From contig NC_068982.1 in the NCBI RefSeq assembly GCF_001194135.2, positions 171,092,415-171,156,406 on the forward strand: a stretch of DNA of 63,992 nt, written 5' to 3'. This document shows positions 40,700 to 52,434 of this stretch, piece after piece; the stretch's first letter is position 1; every line of letters begins with the position of its first letter. The translations under genes were made by a program, and so were the position numbers. Under the pieces are notes generated by a model. The model was given only the letters and a program-made list of their open reading frames with translations, searched no databases and was not told the origin of the DNA. The DNA is from Octopus bimaculoides. Lineage: Eukaryota.

Positions 40700-41140
40700 T
40701 ACCACCTTCTCTTCATGGATGAGTTAGAACAGTTTGTGTAAACAGAGCCTGATATAGAGAGGCTGGTTGAAACTGTACCTATATGCAGCAAGGATTTAGG
40801 AATTGAATTTGGGATCTCAAAGTGTGCGTTACTTACTTTCAAACAGGCAAGAAGAGCAGGTTGTAAGGAAATAGAACTGCCAAACGGAAGGCGAATGGAA
40901 GACCCGGATGATGGTGGATACAAGTACTTGGGATCCTGGAGCTGGGCAATATCTTGCACAGAGAAATGAAAGTCAGGTCACCACTGCATTCTCGAAGCGC
41001 CTCAAACATCTCGCGAAGTCAAAACTCAATGCGAGGAACTATGTGATTGCCATCAACACATGTGATAGTGCTGTAGTCCACTAAAATGCACCCATTCGGA
41101 AATGGATACGAGCGGAGATTGACCACTTCGATCGCACTAT
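40700..41140 (+). mobile_element. R4/Dong-like RT core fragment
   Basis: HLLFMDEL, DLGIEFGISKCA, GGYKYLG and KSKLNARNYVIAINT follow the same motif series as ORF 53557-54006. Confidence 0.8.
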
Positions 41141-42229
41141 CTGCTGTTCAGGCCACAGTATCAGGGGCTCTACACGTACAAGATCTTTGTGCTGATTACT
41201 AATGTTATTCTTATTATAGTTGAAAGTCAGCGATTATATGTTAGCGGGGCAACTATGGCTAACATAAACTGTGTTTTTTTTTTGAAGATTTTGTGGTATT
41301 CATGTTAATGTAAAAAGTGGTTATCTATGATTTCTAGCTATATTAGTTATATTCGAAGCCACATTCATGCTATATGGAGGAGTATTTCATAGTATTTTAA
41401 GCTGTTTGGTTCTGTATAGGTCAATTTTTGTTATGTACTATTTCTATACTTTCGTCTTTATTTAATTCTATGTTGCGTTCTTTTATTTCGTTTTGAAAGA
41501 CATGTACGATGTAAAGACCAAACTATAGCGACATCAAATTGGTCATCCCCATATTTTTTCCCCAATAGGAATTAACATGAAAATGCAATGACTCCCTTGT
41601 GTGCATCATAATGGATGTATCAGTATTAGTGATAATCGTACATGTTTTCCTGAACTCTAGTGCCTATACCACTAAACGCACGCGTGTAAGTATGTATGTA
41701 TGTATGTATGTATGTATGCATAAATATATATATATGAATATACGTATGCATATATAAATACACACACACACACATACACACACATACACACACACACACA
41801 CACACACAAATATATATATATATTTGTGTGTGTGTGAGTGTGTGTGTGTGTGTGTTTNNNNNNNNNNNNNNNNNNNNNNNNNNNNNNNNNNNNNNNNNNN
41901 NNNNNNNNNNNNNNNNNNNNNNNNNNNNNNNNNNNNNNNNNNNNNNNNNNNNNNNNNNNNNNNNNNNNNNNNNNNNNNNNNNNNNNNNNNNNNNNNNNNN
42001 NNNNNNNNNNNNNNNNNNNNNNNNNNNNNNNNNNNNNNNNNNNNNNNNNNNNNNNNNNNNNNNNNNNNNNNNNNNNNNNNNNNNNNNNNNNNNNNNNNNN
42101 NNNNNNNNNNNNNNNNNNNNNNNNNNNNNNNNNNNNNNNNNNNNNNNNNNNNNNNNNNNNNNNNNNNNNNNNNNNNNNNNNNNNNNNNNNNNNNNNNNNN
42201 NNNNNNNNNNNNNNNNNNNNNNNNNNNNN

Positions 42230-42260
<31 letters not shown>

Positions 42261-42679
42261 CTCATACACACAACCACATACAGACATATGTATATATATG
42301 ATGCAATGGTAGCACGTGTACAACTATTAAACTGCTACAATAACTTGATTTCGAAAAGAGGCCAAAACATAATTTCCTGTCTAGTTCAGCCTAACGGAAC
42401 TGCATTAACGAATTACAATTGTAAATGTCTAATTGTTCATAGTAATCAAGTGAAGTCAGCATTTCCATTCAGAAAGCTACCAATTGGAAATCTGAATCAT
42501 CATATTATTTCACTCTTAACTATTTCCATTTGAACAATTTCGGTAAAAGTTAAATATGACATGCGTTCAAAAACGGTCTAATTAGCATAACACACAACCT
42601 TTAAGTAAAGTACGTTCTGTCAAGAAATTACTTATTTCCCACTTAAATTTGTTTTATTTCTATGAATTTAATCTTATTA

Positions 42680-42868
42680 TATCTTTTGCTTGTTTCAGTT
42701 AGTAGACAGCGGTCATGCAGGGAGACGGCCTTGAAGAATTATAGTAGAGTGCATCGACTCCAGTATTTAACCCAGGTGGTTATTCCTTTTTTTTTTTGCC
42801 AAACTATTAAGTTACATAAACACACCAGCACCGGCTGTGGGGGACAAACACAGACACAAAGACACACG

Positions 42869-42904
<36 letters not shown>

Positions 42905-43048
42905 ACACACACACACACGTATAAATATATACAACAAGCTTCCTCAGTTTCCGTTTACCAATCCACTCACAAGGCCTTGATCGGCCACGCAGTGGGACTC
43001 AACCCCGAACCATGCGCTTGAGAAGTGAACTTCCAGCTACCCAGACAA
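42680..43048 (-). mobile_element. SINE family 2
   Basis: TCTTTTGCTTGTTTCAG 3' end, internal CA tract and TTCCGTTTACCAATCCACTCACAAGG. Confidence 0.8.
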
Positions 43049-44583
43049 TCCTGCGTCTGCAGAATTATTTAGGTTTTCATGTTTTTCACTTGATAACAAA
43101 TGCACAAACCTATCGCAATGAAACACATATCTCTGATAGTTGAGGCATAATTGCTTAAAATTATTTAATGTAAGACAGTGGTTGCAAAACGAAACACTTT
43201 ATTACACAAGGTGAAACCTTTTATTACACCTGAAAGAAATGACATTGCAAAAAGTTGGAAACGAAAGTTCATTTAGAAAATTTAGACTTTTCACATGTTC
43301 GTTTTAGGTTATGTAGGTTCAGTGAATATTTGTTAATACCTTTGATAAATTGTTGCCATTATTCGCTACGGATTAACATTAATCATGCAAACCTGAAATC
43401 AAATAATTTCAACTATTATTATCGCGTCTTTTGTATTTAGTACTACGTAGTGTAGATAGTACCATATTATCCAAGACGTTCCAGCTTTTAAAAAGGTTAT
43501 GGCTGGCATTTCTGTAACCCACGAAAAGACCCTCGCAATTGCATATTCCAGTATGGTTTAAGTGGCCGTTCTAAATATGTTTCATATTTCTTATACTATA
43601 TCCAGGACTTGCAGTGATGAGAACTAATCAATTGAATTATTCATTCCTTAACATGATTGTACATGCGGGGTAATGCAGTAAAAACCTTTCACTATTTCTG
43701 TCAAGTTCTACCCCAGGAGGATTTTACCCTGTATCAACTGCTTACAACAACCAATCATCTATTCCCTCTTGTGCTGAGTGTAGTTTCATTCAAGCTTTAA
43801 TTTTACTATGATTATTTTTACATTCCATAACATTCTGATATGAATATATCGATTAATAATCGTATTTGGCCGTGCTATAAAACAAGAACAAGAATGGAGT
43901 GAACAAAATACATAACGAAAATGTGCACATTTGTAAGCGCACCAAGTCTGACAAACTTTCCATCATTAGAAGCACCCTTCCTATGACTCTTGCAGCACCC
44001 TTCCTATGACTCTTCAAACGATTAATATTTATTTGATTCTGCGTATACTTTCACTATTTCGAATAATGCCCCAGTATATTTTTCGCTGCCTATGTATCTA
44101 GCTATGTATCAATCACAGTAGGAGTTTAAATCTGACAGTCAAACTCCGTGTGAATTATGAAGAGTACAGGCAATTCCAGCAACATTTTGCTTATACGAGA
44201 AATGTTCTGACGCTTACTTAAATTTGACACGAAACCTGAATCATTGATGCATGGAATTATTTTGTTTACTATTCCACGAAAAAGTCGAAAGAAAAGAACG
44301 AATATTATAATACTTAGATGTAAATTAAAAGACAATATTTATAAGAGTTCGTAAATAATATCAACAAAAAATAAACGCATGTAATTTTATAATCCCAAAA
44401 AGTTTCCATCATATTTAATACGAAAAATTTTCTCGCTGTGAAGCTCATCCTGTCTTTCTGTAAACAAAAATTTGAGCAGTTTTGTGTCGTGAAGTGACTA
44501 ACCTACCGTGCATGTTCACATACTACCGAGCGAGTATCGGACTCAGTAACTTGTCTTCATTCAGAGATTCCCAAATCTACCAT

Positions 44584-45274
44584 TACGATAGGCGGCTGAA
44601 AAGTTCGTAGGCTGACTCTGAAAGTGAAACGCTTGACTTGTGAAAATCTTGCATGCGTTTATTTTAACACATCTTATTAACAATTGTGTGTTTCTATTGA
44701 GATAAACTGACGTTTGAGTGGTCAAAGAAGACTTGAAAAGTAACTAGTAGTGATTTCTCTTGAAAAGCGACAAAATTCAACATCGTGTGTTATAAAGTAC
44801 CTGCAGCAAAAGGGTTTAACCCGAACAACATTCATGCTGACACAAGTTACTAAGGCAGTTACGAAAGGCTATCAAGACCAAACGTTCAGGAAAACTGACA
44901 AAAGGGATTCTGTTTCATGAGGACTATGCTACAGCACACACGTCCTTGGTTACAATGACTACTACTGTGCATGACTGTGCTTTTGAATTGGTTCATCACT
45001 CTCCCTATTCTCTTCATTTGGCCCCATTTTACTATCACCCGTTTTCCAACATGAAAAAAACATATGGCTGGGAACAAGTATCGTAGTAATGATGAATCAT
45101 ATCTGCTATTGCTACTAATTACTTCTGAAGTCGTGTAAGAACCATCAAATGTCACTTTAAGTGGAAAGGAAAATCTGACGTTTTTCATGACTTGAAATTA
45201 ACGCATGCAAAATTCCATAGCTCAAAATTCACACCTTCATATTCAGCCAATTAACTTTTCAGTCCATCCTCGTA
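44584..45274 (+). mobile_element. Internally deleted mariner DNA transposon (about 690 bp)
   Basis: Imperfect TIRs TACGATAGGCGGCTGAAAAGTT and AACTTTTCAGTCCATCCTCGTA with terminal TA. Transposase remnant KRSGKLTKGILFHEDYATAHTS..ELVHHSPYSLHLAPFYYHPFSNMKK matches the mariner HDNA and YSPDLAPSD motifs. Confidence 0.88.
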
Positions 45275-45282
45275 ATATGGGC

Positions 45283-45830
45283 TTCAAATTTTGGCACAAG
45301 GCCAGACATTTAAAGGGAGGGTGTAAATCGATTAGACGGACTCCAGTACTTGACTGGTAATTATTATATCGATCTCCGAAAGGCTGAAAACAAAGTCAAC
45401 ATCGGCAGAATTTGAACTCGGAACGCAAAGACGGACAAAATGACTAGCTATATTTCGTCTCTCTACGCTATGAGTTCAAATTCCACCGAAGTCACCTTCA
45501 TTTCTCAGCNNNNNNNNNNTCTACGCTATGAGTTCAAATTCCACCGAAGTCACCTTCATTTCTCAGCCTTTCGTGGGGGGAAGGGGGTCGATAAGATACC
45601 ATTTGAGCTACTCCATCGAAGTAGCCGGCTTTGTACCGAAGTTTGAAGCCAATTTGAAACCAATTCATCCAACTTTACGTTTTGAGTTCAAATGCTATGG
45701 AGGTCAACTTTTCACTTCAACCTTTCGGCGTCGATGAAATGAGTACCAGTCGAACGCTGGGGTCGATGTAATCGATTTACCTCCTCCTCTGAGAGGAGAA
45801 CTTAAGTCGATTTGAAAACAATATTAATCA
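45283..45830. mobile_element. Cluster of three 5'-truncated SINE family 1 copies (about 45283-45450 minus, 45451-45660 plus, 45665-45830 plus)
   Basis: Family motifs repeat three times (GAATTTGAACTC; GAGTTCAAATTCCACCGAAGTC; GAGTTCAAATG). Boundaries are approximate. Confidence 0.75.
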
Positions 45831-45986
45831 CTTGTTTGTCTGCAGAAATGTCTTCAGGTGAAAGACAAATGTAATAATAATTAAGTCACTTATAGTATAT
45901 AAATTACTGCGAATTTGATACTTTTTAAAGCATTGCTGGAACACTGGGTGGTAAAGGACATGAAAATATCTGACACTACATGTATG

Positions 45987-46365
45987 TTGGCACTCCGTCG
46001 CTTACGATGTCGAGGGTTCCAGTTGATCCTATCAACGGAACACCCTGTTCGTGAAATTACCGTGCAAGTGGCTGAGCACTCAACAGACACGTGTACCCTT
46101 AACGTAGTTCTCGTGGGGTAATCAGCGTGACACAGTATGACAGGGCTGATCCTTTGAATTACAGGCACAACAGAAACAGGAAGTAAGAGTGAGGGAACAT
46201 TGTGGTGAAAGAATACAGTAGGGTTCGCCACCATCCCCTGCCGGAGCCTCGTGGAGCTTTAGGTGTTTTCGCTCAATAAACACTCACAACGCCCGGTCTG
46301 GGAATCGAAACCGTGATCCTATGACCGCGAGTCCGCTGCCCTAACCACTGTGCCATTGCGCCTCC
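45987..46365 (-). mobile_element. tRNA-derived SINE family 3, full length (379 bp), with perfect 14-bp TSD
   Basis: The reverse complement starts GGAGGCGCAATGGCACAGTGGTTAGGGCAGCGG (A box) and has GGTTTCGATTCCC (B box). ACACTACATGTATG is duplicated at 45973-45986 and 46366-46379. Confidence 0.93.
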
Positions 46366-46892
46366 ACACTACATGTATGACATCAGGCATAAATTCTGCA
46401 TTCTCTTGATTTTAATATAAATAACAAAATATAGCAAGCAAATTACGTTCTTGTCCAACAAGAATATAATGATTTTATCAAATATTTATATATTTGAATG
46501 TCGTGTGCAACCCTTGACATTTGATACATCCAAATACTGAACATACTGAACTCTTAATGTTACAATTCTTTATGATGGCAGTCAAATTCGATGTTTATGC
46601 TTGTTTTCAAAATCATTATATTTCCCTGTCTTAGGTCAGACGGCAATGCTGAATTTTTTTTATTCGACCAGTCTCTTGCAGGATTTCTCTGAGATGATAA
46701 AGCAGCTCTTGTTCTGGGACCCTCAAATCTTAAACTATTGAAATTTGATATCATCAATAATGTATGCCTTGCATTTTTGTATAACGACATTTTCCAGCAG
46801 ATTAATACAGAGCTTGTTGTATAAGACAAGTATTCATTTGCCAGTTTATTACATTTGACAGTATATTATATTTCTTCATTATGCTTTTTGTG

Positions 46893-47270
46893 AAGGCGTG
46901 TAACTTTGGTTAGTGTGTTTGCACATCCGATCACCAGATTTTTGGGTTCGTTTCCCGTAACTGGCATCGTGCTGTGTTCTTTAATAGAACACTACATTTC
47001 ACGCTACCCTAATACTGTGTGGGAACCGGCAAGTCCGAAAATAAACCCGACGTTTCTTCTGCGCATCATAAAAAGGCGGCGAAAAGAGGTTCACGTAAGA
47101 TTTACACTCCGACCTCCTAAAACCCTTGCTAGCAAAATTTACCCAAACAAACCCATGCGTTGGAGGGTTTTCTTGGTGCAAAGGCATCATTCGCTAGGTG
47201 TCGTAGGGAATCAAATGTTGGATGCAGCAACGCGGCGATACAGTGCATTCCCCACTACTACTACTACTAC
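46893..47270 (+). mobile_element. Probable tRNA-derived SINE (a further family) with (CTA)n tail
   Basis: Head TTGGTTAGTGTG...GGGTTCGTTTCCC (A/B-box-like), a GC-richer body, and termination at CTACTACTAC. Confidence 0.5.
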
Positions 47271-47276
47271 TATTTG

Positions 47277-47307
<31 letters not shown>

Positions 47308-48112
47308 ATAATAATATTAGGGACAAAATGTTAATTAAATAAACGTTTTTAGTTTTAAATCGTATAGCTTTAACTATTACACCGGTTAAATATGNNNNNN
47401 NNNNNNNNNNNNNNNNNNNNNNNNNNNNNNNNNNNNNNNNNNNNNNNNNNNNNNNNNNNNNNNNNNNNNNNNNNNNNNNNNNNNNNNNNNNNNNNNNNNN
47501 NNNNNNNNNNNNNNNNNNNNNNNNNNNNNNNNNNNNNNNNNNNNNNNNNNNNNNNNNNNNNNNNNNNNNNNNNNNNNNNNNNNNNNNNNNNNNNNNNNNN
47601 NNNNNNNNNNNNNNNNNNNNNNNNNNNNNNNNNNNNNNNNNNNNNNNNNNNNNNNNNNNNNNNNNNNNNNNNNNNNNNNNNNNNNNNNNNNNNNNNNNNN
47701 NNNNNNNNNNNNNNNNNNNNNNNNNNNNNNNNNNNNNNNNNNNNNNNNNNNNNNNNNNNNNNNNNNNNNNNNNNNNNNNNNNNNNNNNNNNNNNNNNNNN
47801 NNNNNNNNNNNNNNNNNNNNNNNNNNNNNNNNNNNNNNNNNNNNNNNNNNNNNNNNNNNNNNNNNNNNNNNNNNNNNNNNNNNNNNNNNNNNNNNNNNNN
47901 NNNNNNNNNNNNNNNNNNNNNNNNNNNNNNNNNNNNNNNNNNNNNNNNNNNNNNNNNNNNNNNNNNNNNNNNNNNNNNNNNNNNNNNNNNNNNNNNNNNN
48001 NNNNNNNNNNNNNNNNNNNNNNNNNNNNNNNNNNNNNNNNNNNNNNNNNNNNNNNNNNNNNNNNNNNNNNNNNNNNNNNNNNNNNNNNNNNNNNNNNNNN
48101 NNNNNNNNNNNN

Positions 48113-48157
<45 letters not shown>

Positions 48158-48193
48158 ATATATATGATATTGTTAGTATCATTAATAATAGGA

Positions 48194-48405
48194 AGGGCTG
48201 CCAGTATCACTAAAGCGTTGGAAAATGATGTGTCATATTTATTCCGGCTCTTAATTTTCTGAGCTCAAGCCCTTCCGAGGTCAATGTTGCCTGTCATCCT
48301 ACTGAGGGTCGCTAAATCAAAATGCCAGTCAAATACTGGAGTTAATGTAATTAACTTAACCTATCTCTAAAATTACTGGCTTCGCGCCAGATTTTGAAAC
48401 AATTG
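48194..48405 (+). mobile_element. Degraded SINE family 1
   Basis: GAGCTCAAGCCCTTCCGAGGTCAATGTTGCCTGTCATCC and CCAGTCAAATACTGGAG. Confidence 0.7.
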
Positions 48406-48771
48406 TTGATTTTGTGAAAATCACTATCAGGAATATGAACGATTATTGATTGAAACAAAATATATTAAATATTCCCAGTATTTTTTGTGAGTGTTTATTT
48501 CCCTTCGAATTGCGCCTCAGTGTTTGTAATGTCTATGCATTAATATCACTTGAGGAGAAGAGAAAGGTGTATATGCATTATTATTGATCCTCTGTGTTTG
48601 AGATGTCTTGTTGCTGTTTAGCGTTAACATTTCCATCGTACCTTTTACATGTCTGTGGTGTAGTTAGAGTTTTTTAAACACACTATGAATTCTATCAATT
48701 TTGACAGTGTGATGACAGTATTGCGAATGAGGTGCAGGAAACTTTTAGATTTGCAGCATGACTGTTTAGAA

Positions 48772-48988
48772 CAATGGTTCTCAACCAGGGGTCACATAAA
48801 ATTTAATTGTTAAACATTATGTGCAATAAATCGGTTATACTTGTACAGTATGCAACATATTTTAACAATATTCACATACAATTCAATAATAAAAATATCT
48901 TTTTCAAATTGTTATAGGGTGTGGGTACAGCAGAAGAATAAAATAAGAATCAAGGGGATCACAGGCAAAAAACGGTTGAGAACCCGTA
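48772..48988. mobile_element. hAT-superfamily MITE (217 bp)
   Basis: 15-bp termini CAATGGTTCTCAACC and GGTTGAGAACCCGTA (inner 11 bp perfectly inverted). Perfect 8-bp TSD GTTTAGAA at 48764-48771 and 48989-48996. Confidence 0.9.
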
Positions 48989-50940
48989 GTTTTAGAATGT
49001 GCACTCCGTCAATTATGCAATTTAATTGGAAGTGAAGAGCGCAGTAGCGATAATTTTGAGGATGTAAATGTGAAACTTCAGATACGTTTATTTGAGTGGT
49101 GATTCTTATTGGTACCGCATTCTTGTTGTATTTCACATCCAGTTTACTTCTATCCAATGCTTCTTGACCTTGGTACATTCTCCGTTATCTTACATGTTAT
49201 ATTTGAGTTATAAAAGCCGAGTTTATCATTATAGCTAATGTTATTTCGATTCGTGATTTTAAATGTAATATCTGGATCATGTTTTAAAATCAAATTATCT
49301 GTTGGCGTATCTCAAAGCTTTGTAATATGTCACTGCCATTGTCCCATAACATTAGGAAATTTAGTCTCCGTTTTTATGTTAAGGTTATGCCATATTGCCT
49401 GAAGGACGTAGGTCTCCAAACACATATGTGACGAATTTATTGCAATGGAAGCATCTCAAAAATGCGGTCAAATATATTATGATGCCTACTGTATAACCTA
49501 TTGTTGACGATATACGCTTCTTCCAAGTTTATATTTCAGTATTCTTTTGTAACTACAATAACACATTGGGGTTCTGGCTTTAGTCTCTTCTTTGGTGTAG
49601 ACAAAGACCCCTGAACTGCACGACTGACATTTAGTCTTTTTCAACATAGTTATTGTACATAGTTAGTGTACTTAGCACGGGTAAATAATGTCTAGAGTTT
49701 TTCCTACGTCATCAGTTGGACCTGAAGAGGATCTCAACCGTGGTTTTAAACCAGGTCTCTTTCTCCGTTGCTTTGAGGTCGAGGAGAATGTCACTGCTCT
49801 AGAAATTGAGACAGGCCGGCAGCCACTAGATATCCAGGCCAGGTGGAACTCGCTTTTAACTCAACAGGTTCATCTTCTTAAATGTGTTGCGCAGAGGTTG
49901 AGCTCCTTTGCACCTACTAAATGTATGTAGCGCTTCAGCACGATAGCTTCGCTCTTGTCGAGGCCCTCTATTCTTCCGAAATGTCTTAAGCTAGCGATAT
50001 GATCTACATAAACGAATATTTCTTTGAGGGCTCTTTCAATTTGAAATTGTGTCGCTCTCCTAGTCGTCGTATTTCAACCGAAATGAAGCAATACAGAAAT
50101 GTGTGCAGGGCAGGTGCAGGGCAGGTGCAGCCCAAACTTGAGTGTTACTCTCACTTACCTTCACAAGCTATCATGCCTGCTTCTAGCGTGCTTCTTTGTG
50201 GAATAGGGTGAGCGAGAATTATTGTGCTGACTTCGCATTTATTCTTGTAAAAGAATCCCTTCCTATAGTGTAGCCTAGTCCCCTATGATGTAGCCTAGAC
50301 CATTTACTTTGTCACCATCATTATTCTTATTGCTGCTGTGGTTATTATTGCTGTCGCTTTTGTTGCTGTTGCTATCGGTGATGCTGTTGATGGTGCTGTT
50401 GTTATTCTTGTTGTTGTTGCTTTTGTTCTTGCTGCCGTTGGTATGGTTGTTGCTTGTGCTGTTAAGAACGTTGTCTTTATATTTTCTGTTTTTGTAGTTG
50501 TTCTCTGGCAAATTTACTCTCGTGAAGCTTGTAGACGAACGAAACATGTCCTTCACAATTCACACCACTGCAAGAGATGCCCATCATTACCATGAAGGAC
50601 TAAAAGGCAGTATGTTACTAACGAGAAGGAAAACTCACATTTGTGCTTCTCATGGTTAAGAGAACAATGATGCAGGAGCATTGCTCGAAATCAAGTTGCA
50701 GCCAACTTCTAGATATGCATATATATATATATTATATAATATAAACACACACAATGTCTCAGTCTATTATCTTTTCTATATATATTTACACTTGTACGAT
50801 GAGTTTAAGGATAAATGTGGATGATGTTATCGGGAGATACATATAAAGCGTGAAAGTTAGCTGGTTGACTGAGTATATATTATGCAACACACTCACACAA
50901 GCACACACACACATACATACATACATACATAAATACATGC

Positions 50941-51006
<66 letters not shown>

Positions 51007-51023
51007 AAAGTATATATATACAA

Positions 51024-51084
<61 letters not shown>

Positions 51085-51329
51085 AAGTTGTAGAAGATGA
51101 TTCCAGTTAACTTTATTATTTTCAACACAATAGCATGTTTATTAAACAAAACGTAGCAGCAAATACGACATATACAACAAAAGCAGAATTTCGAATCACA
51201 AGACATACGACAACCAGCAACGGTAACAATACGAACAACAAACAGTAAAAAGAAGACCAAACAAAATGGTGCAACAAAAAATTCAGCAAATCAGAAGGTT
51301 TTAGCGAAATTAAGTCTGTCAAAATACAG

Positions 51330-51420
51330 CGCCAGCGGCTTTCTTAATTGCTAGGATTGTTTGCCATAAAGATCAGAGTGTGGGGCGGTTGGGAAGATTT
51401 TTTCGCATGCGCAAATAATA
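51330..51420. promoter_or_regulatory. Candidate promoter-like motif cluster
   Basis: GC-box-like GGGGCGGTT (51382-51390) and NRF1/EWG-like TTCGCATGCGCA (51402-51413; 11/12 to TGCGCATGCGCA), beside a non-repetitive, relatively CpG-rich stretch. Confidence 0.3.
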
Positions 51421-51629
51421 CGTTGAATCCTTTTCCTCGATTTGCTCATTTTTTTTTAGCACTCACCTCTTTGGTCCTTTTTTTTTACCGTTATATTTCA
51501 TATATATCTATATATATATGTATATACATATTCCTTTCTAATTGCTTCTAGCATATATTATATTACTGTTATGTAATACTGAAAAATCTTTCGATGGGAA
51601 ATTCGGAAGGAAGTGAAGACAAATGTCTT

Positions 51630-51745
<116 letters not shown>

Positions 51746-52234
51746 ATGTACGTACATACACACACATGCTTATATGTATTTATATATGGACGAAATATAG
51801 AGGTATAATAAGTATGTGTATATATGTATTTACATATAAGTATCTATGTATGTATACATTTATGTATGCACATGCATGCATTTACATGCGTATATGTAGG
51901 CATATATATATATATATATATATGTGTGTGTTTTGTGTGCGTGTGTGAGAGTGTGTGTTTGTGTGTGAGTGTGTGTCTGTTTGGTGTATATCTACGTACG
52001 TTCTTTTGTATATTTTACATCATTGCAGCCATCTAAATTTATGCGTGGATGTAATTTCGTTGCAATATATATATATATATATATGTGTGTCTGTAAATAT
52101 TTATATATCTAGGCAAATATGTAAGTAATTATATGTATTCAGCCTAATTCCTTATGCCTTTCATAAAATCCTATGTGCAAAAAGTTACATAAATATTAGA
52201 TTTATCGATTTTCTTCACATTTGAGATTAGTAAT

Positions 52235-52368
52235 TTATTTTTATTAGTATCGTTGTACTTTTTATTGTTGTTGTTATTATTATTATTTTTATTAGTATCG
52301 TTGTACTTTTTATTGTTGTTGTTATTATTATTATTTTTATTATTATGATTATTATTTTTATTATTATG

Positions 52369-52434
<66 letters not shown>
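52235..52434. repeat. (TTA)n array with a duplicated TTAGTATCGTTGTACT unit; 3' tail and target of the adjacent Dong copy
   Basis: Direct reading. Confidence 0.9.

Noticed and set aside
43971-44014. 21-bp direct duplication (similar small ones near 13885-13930 and 15332-15372)
   Set aside because: Ordinary local tandem duplications with no further structure.
45462-45567. Perfect 48-bp direct duplication either side of a 10-N gap
   Set aside because: Identical sequence abutting a minimal gap is the signature of unmerged overlapping contig ends, so it is probably an assembly artefact.
50275-50556. 93-aa Asn/Ser-rich ORF
   Set aside because: Decayed (AAC/AGC)n tract with no domain and no convincing start.
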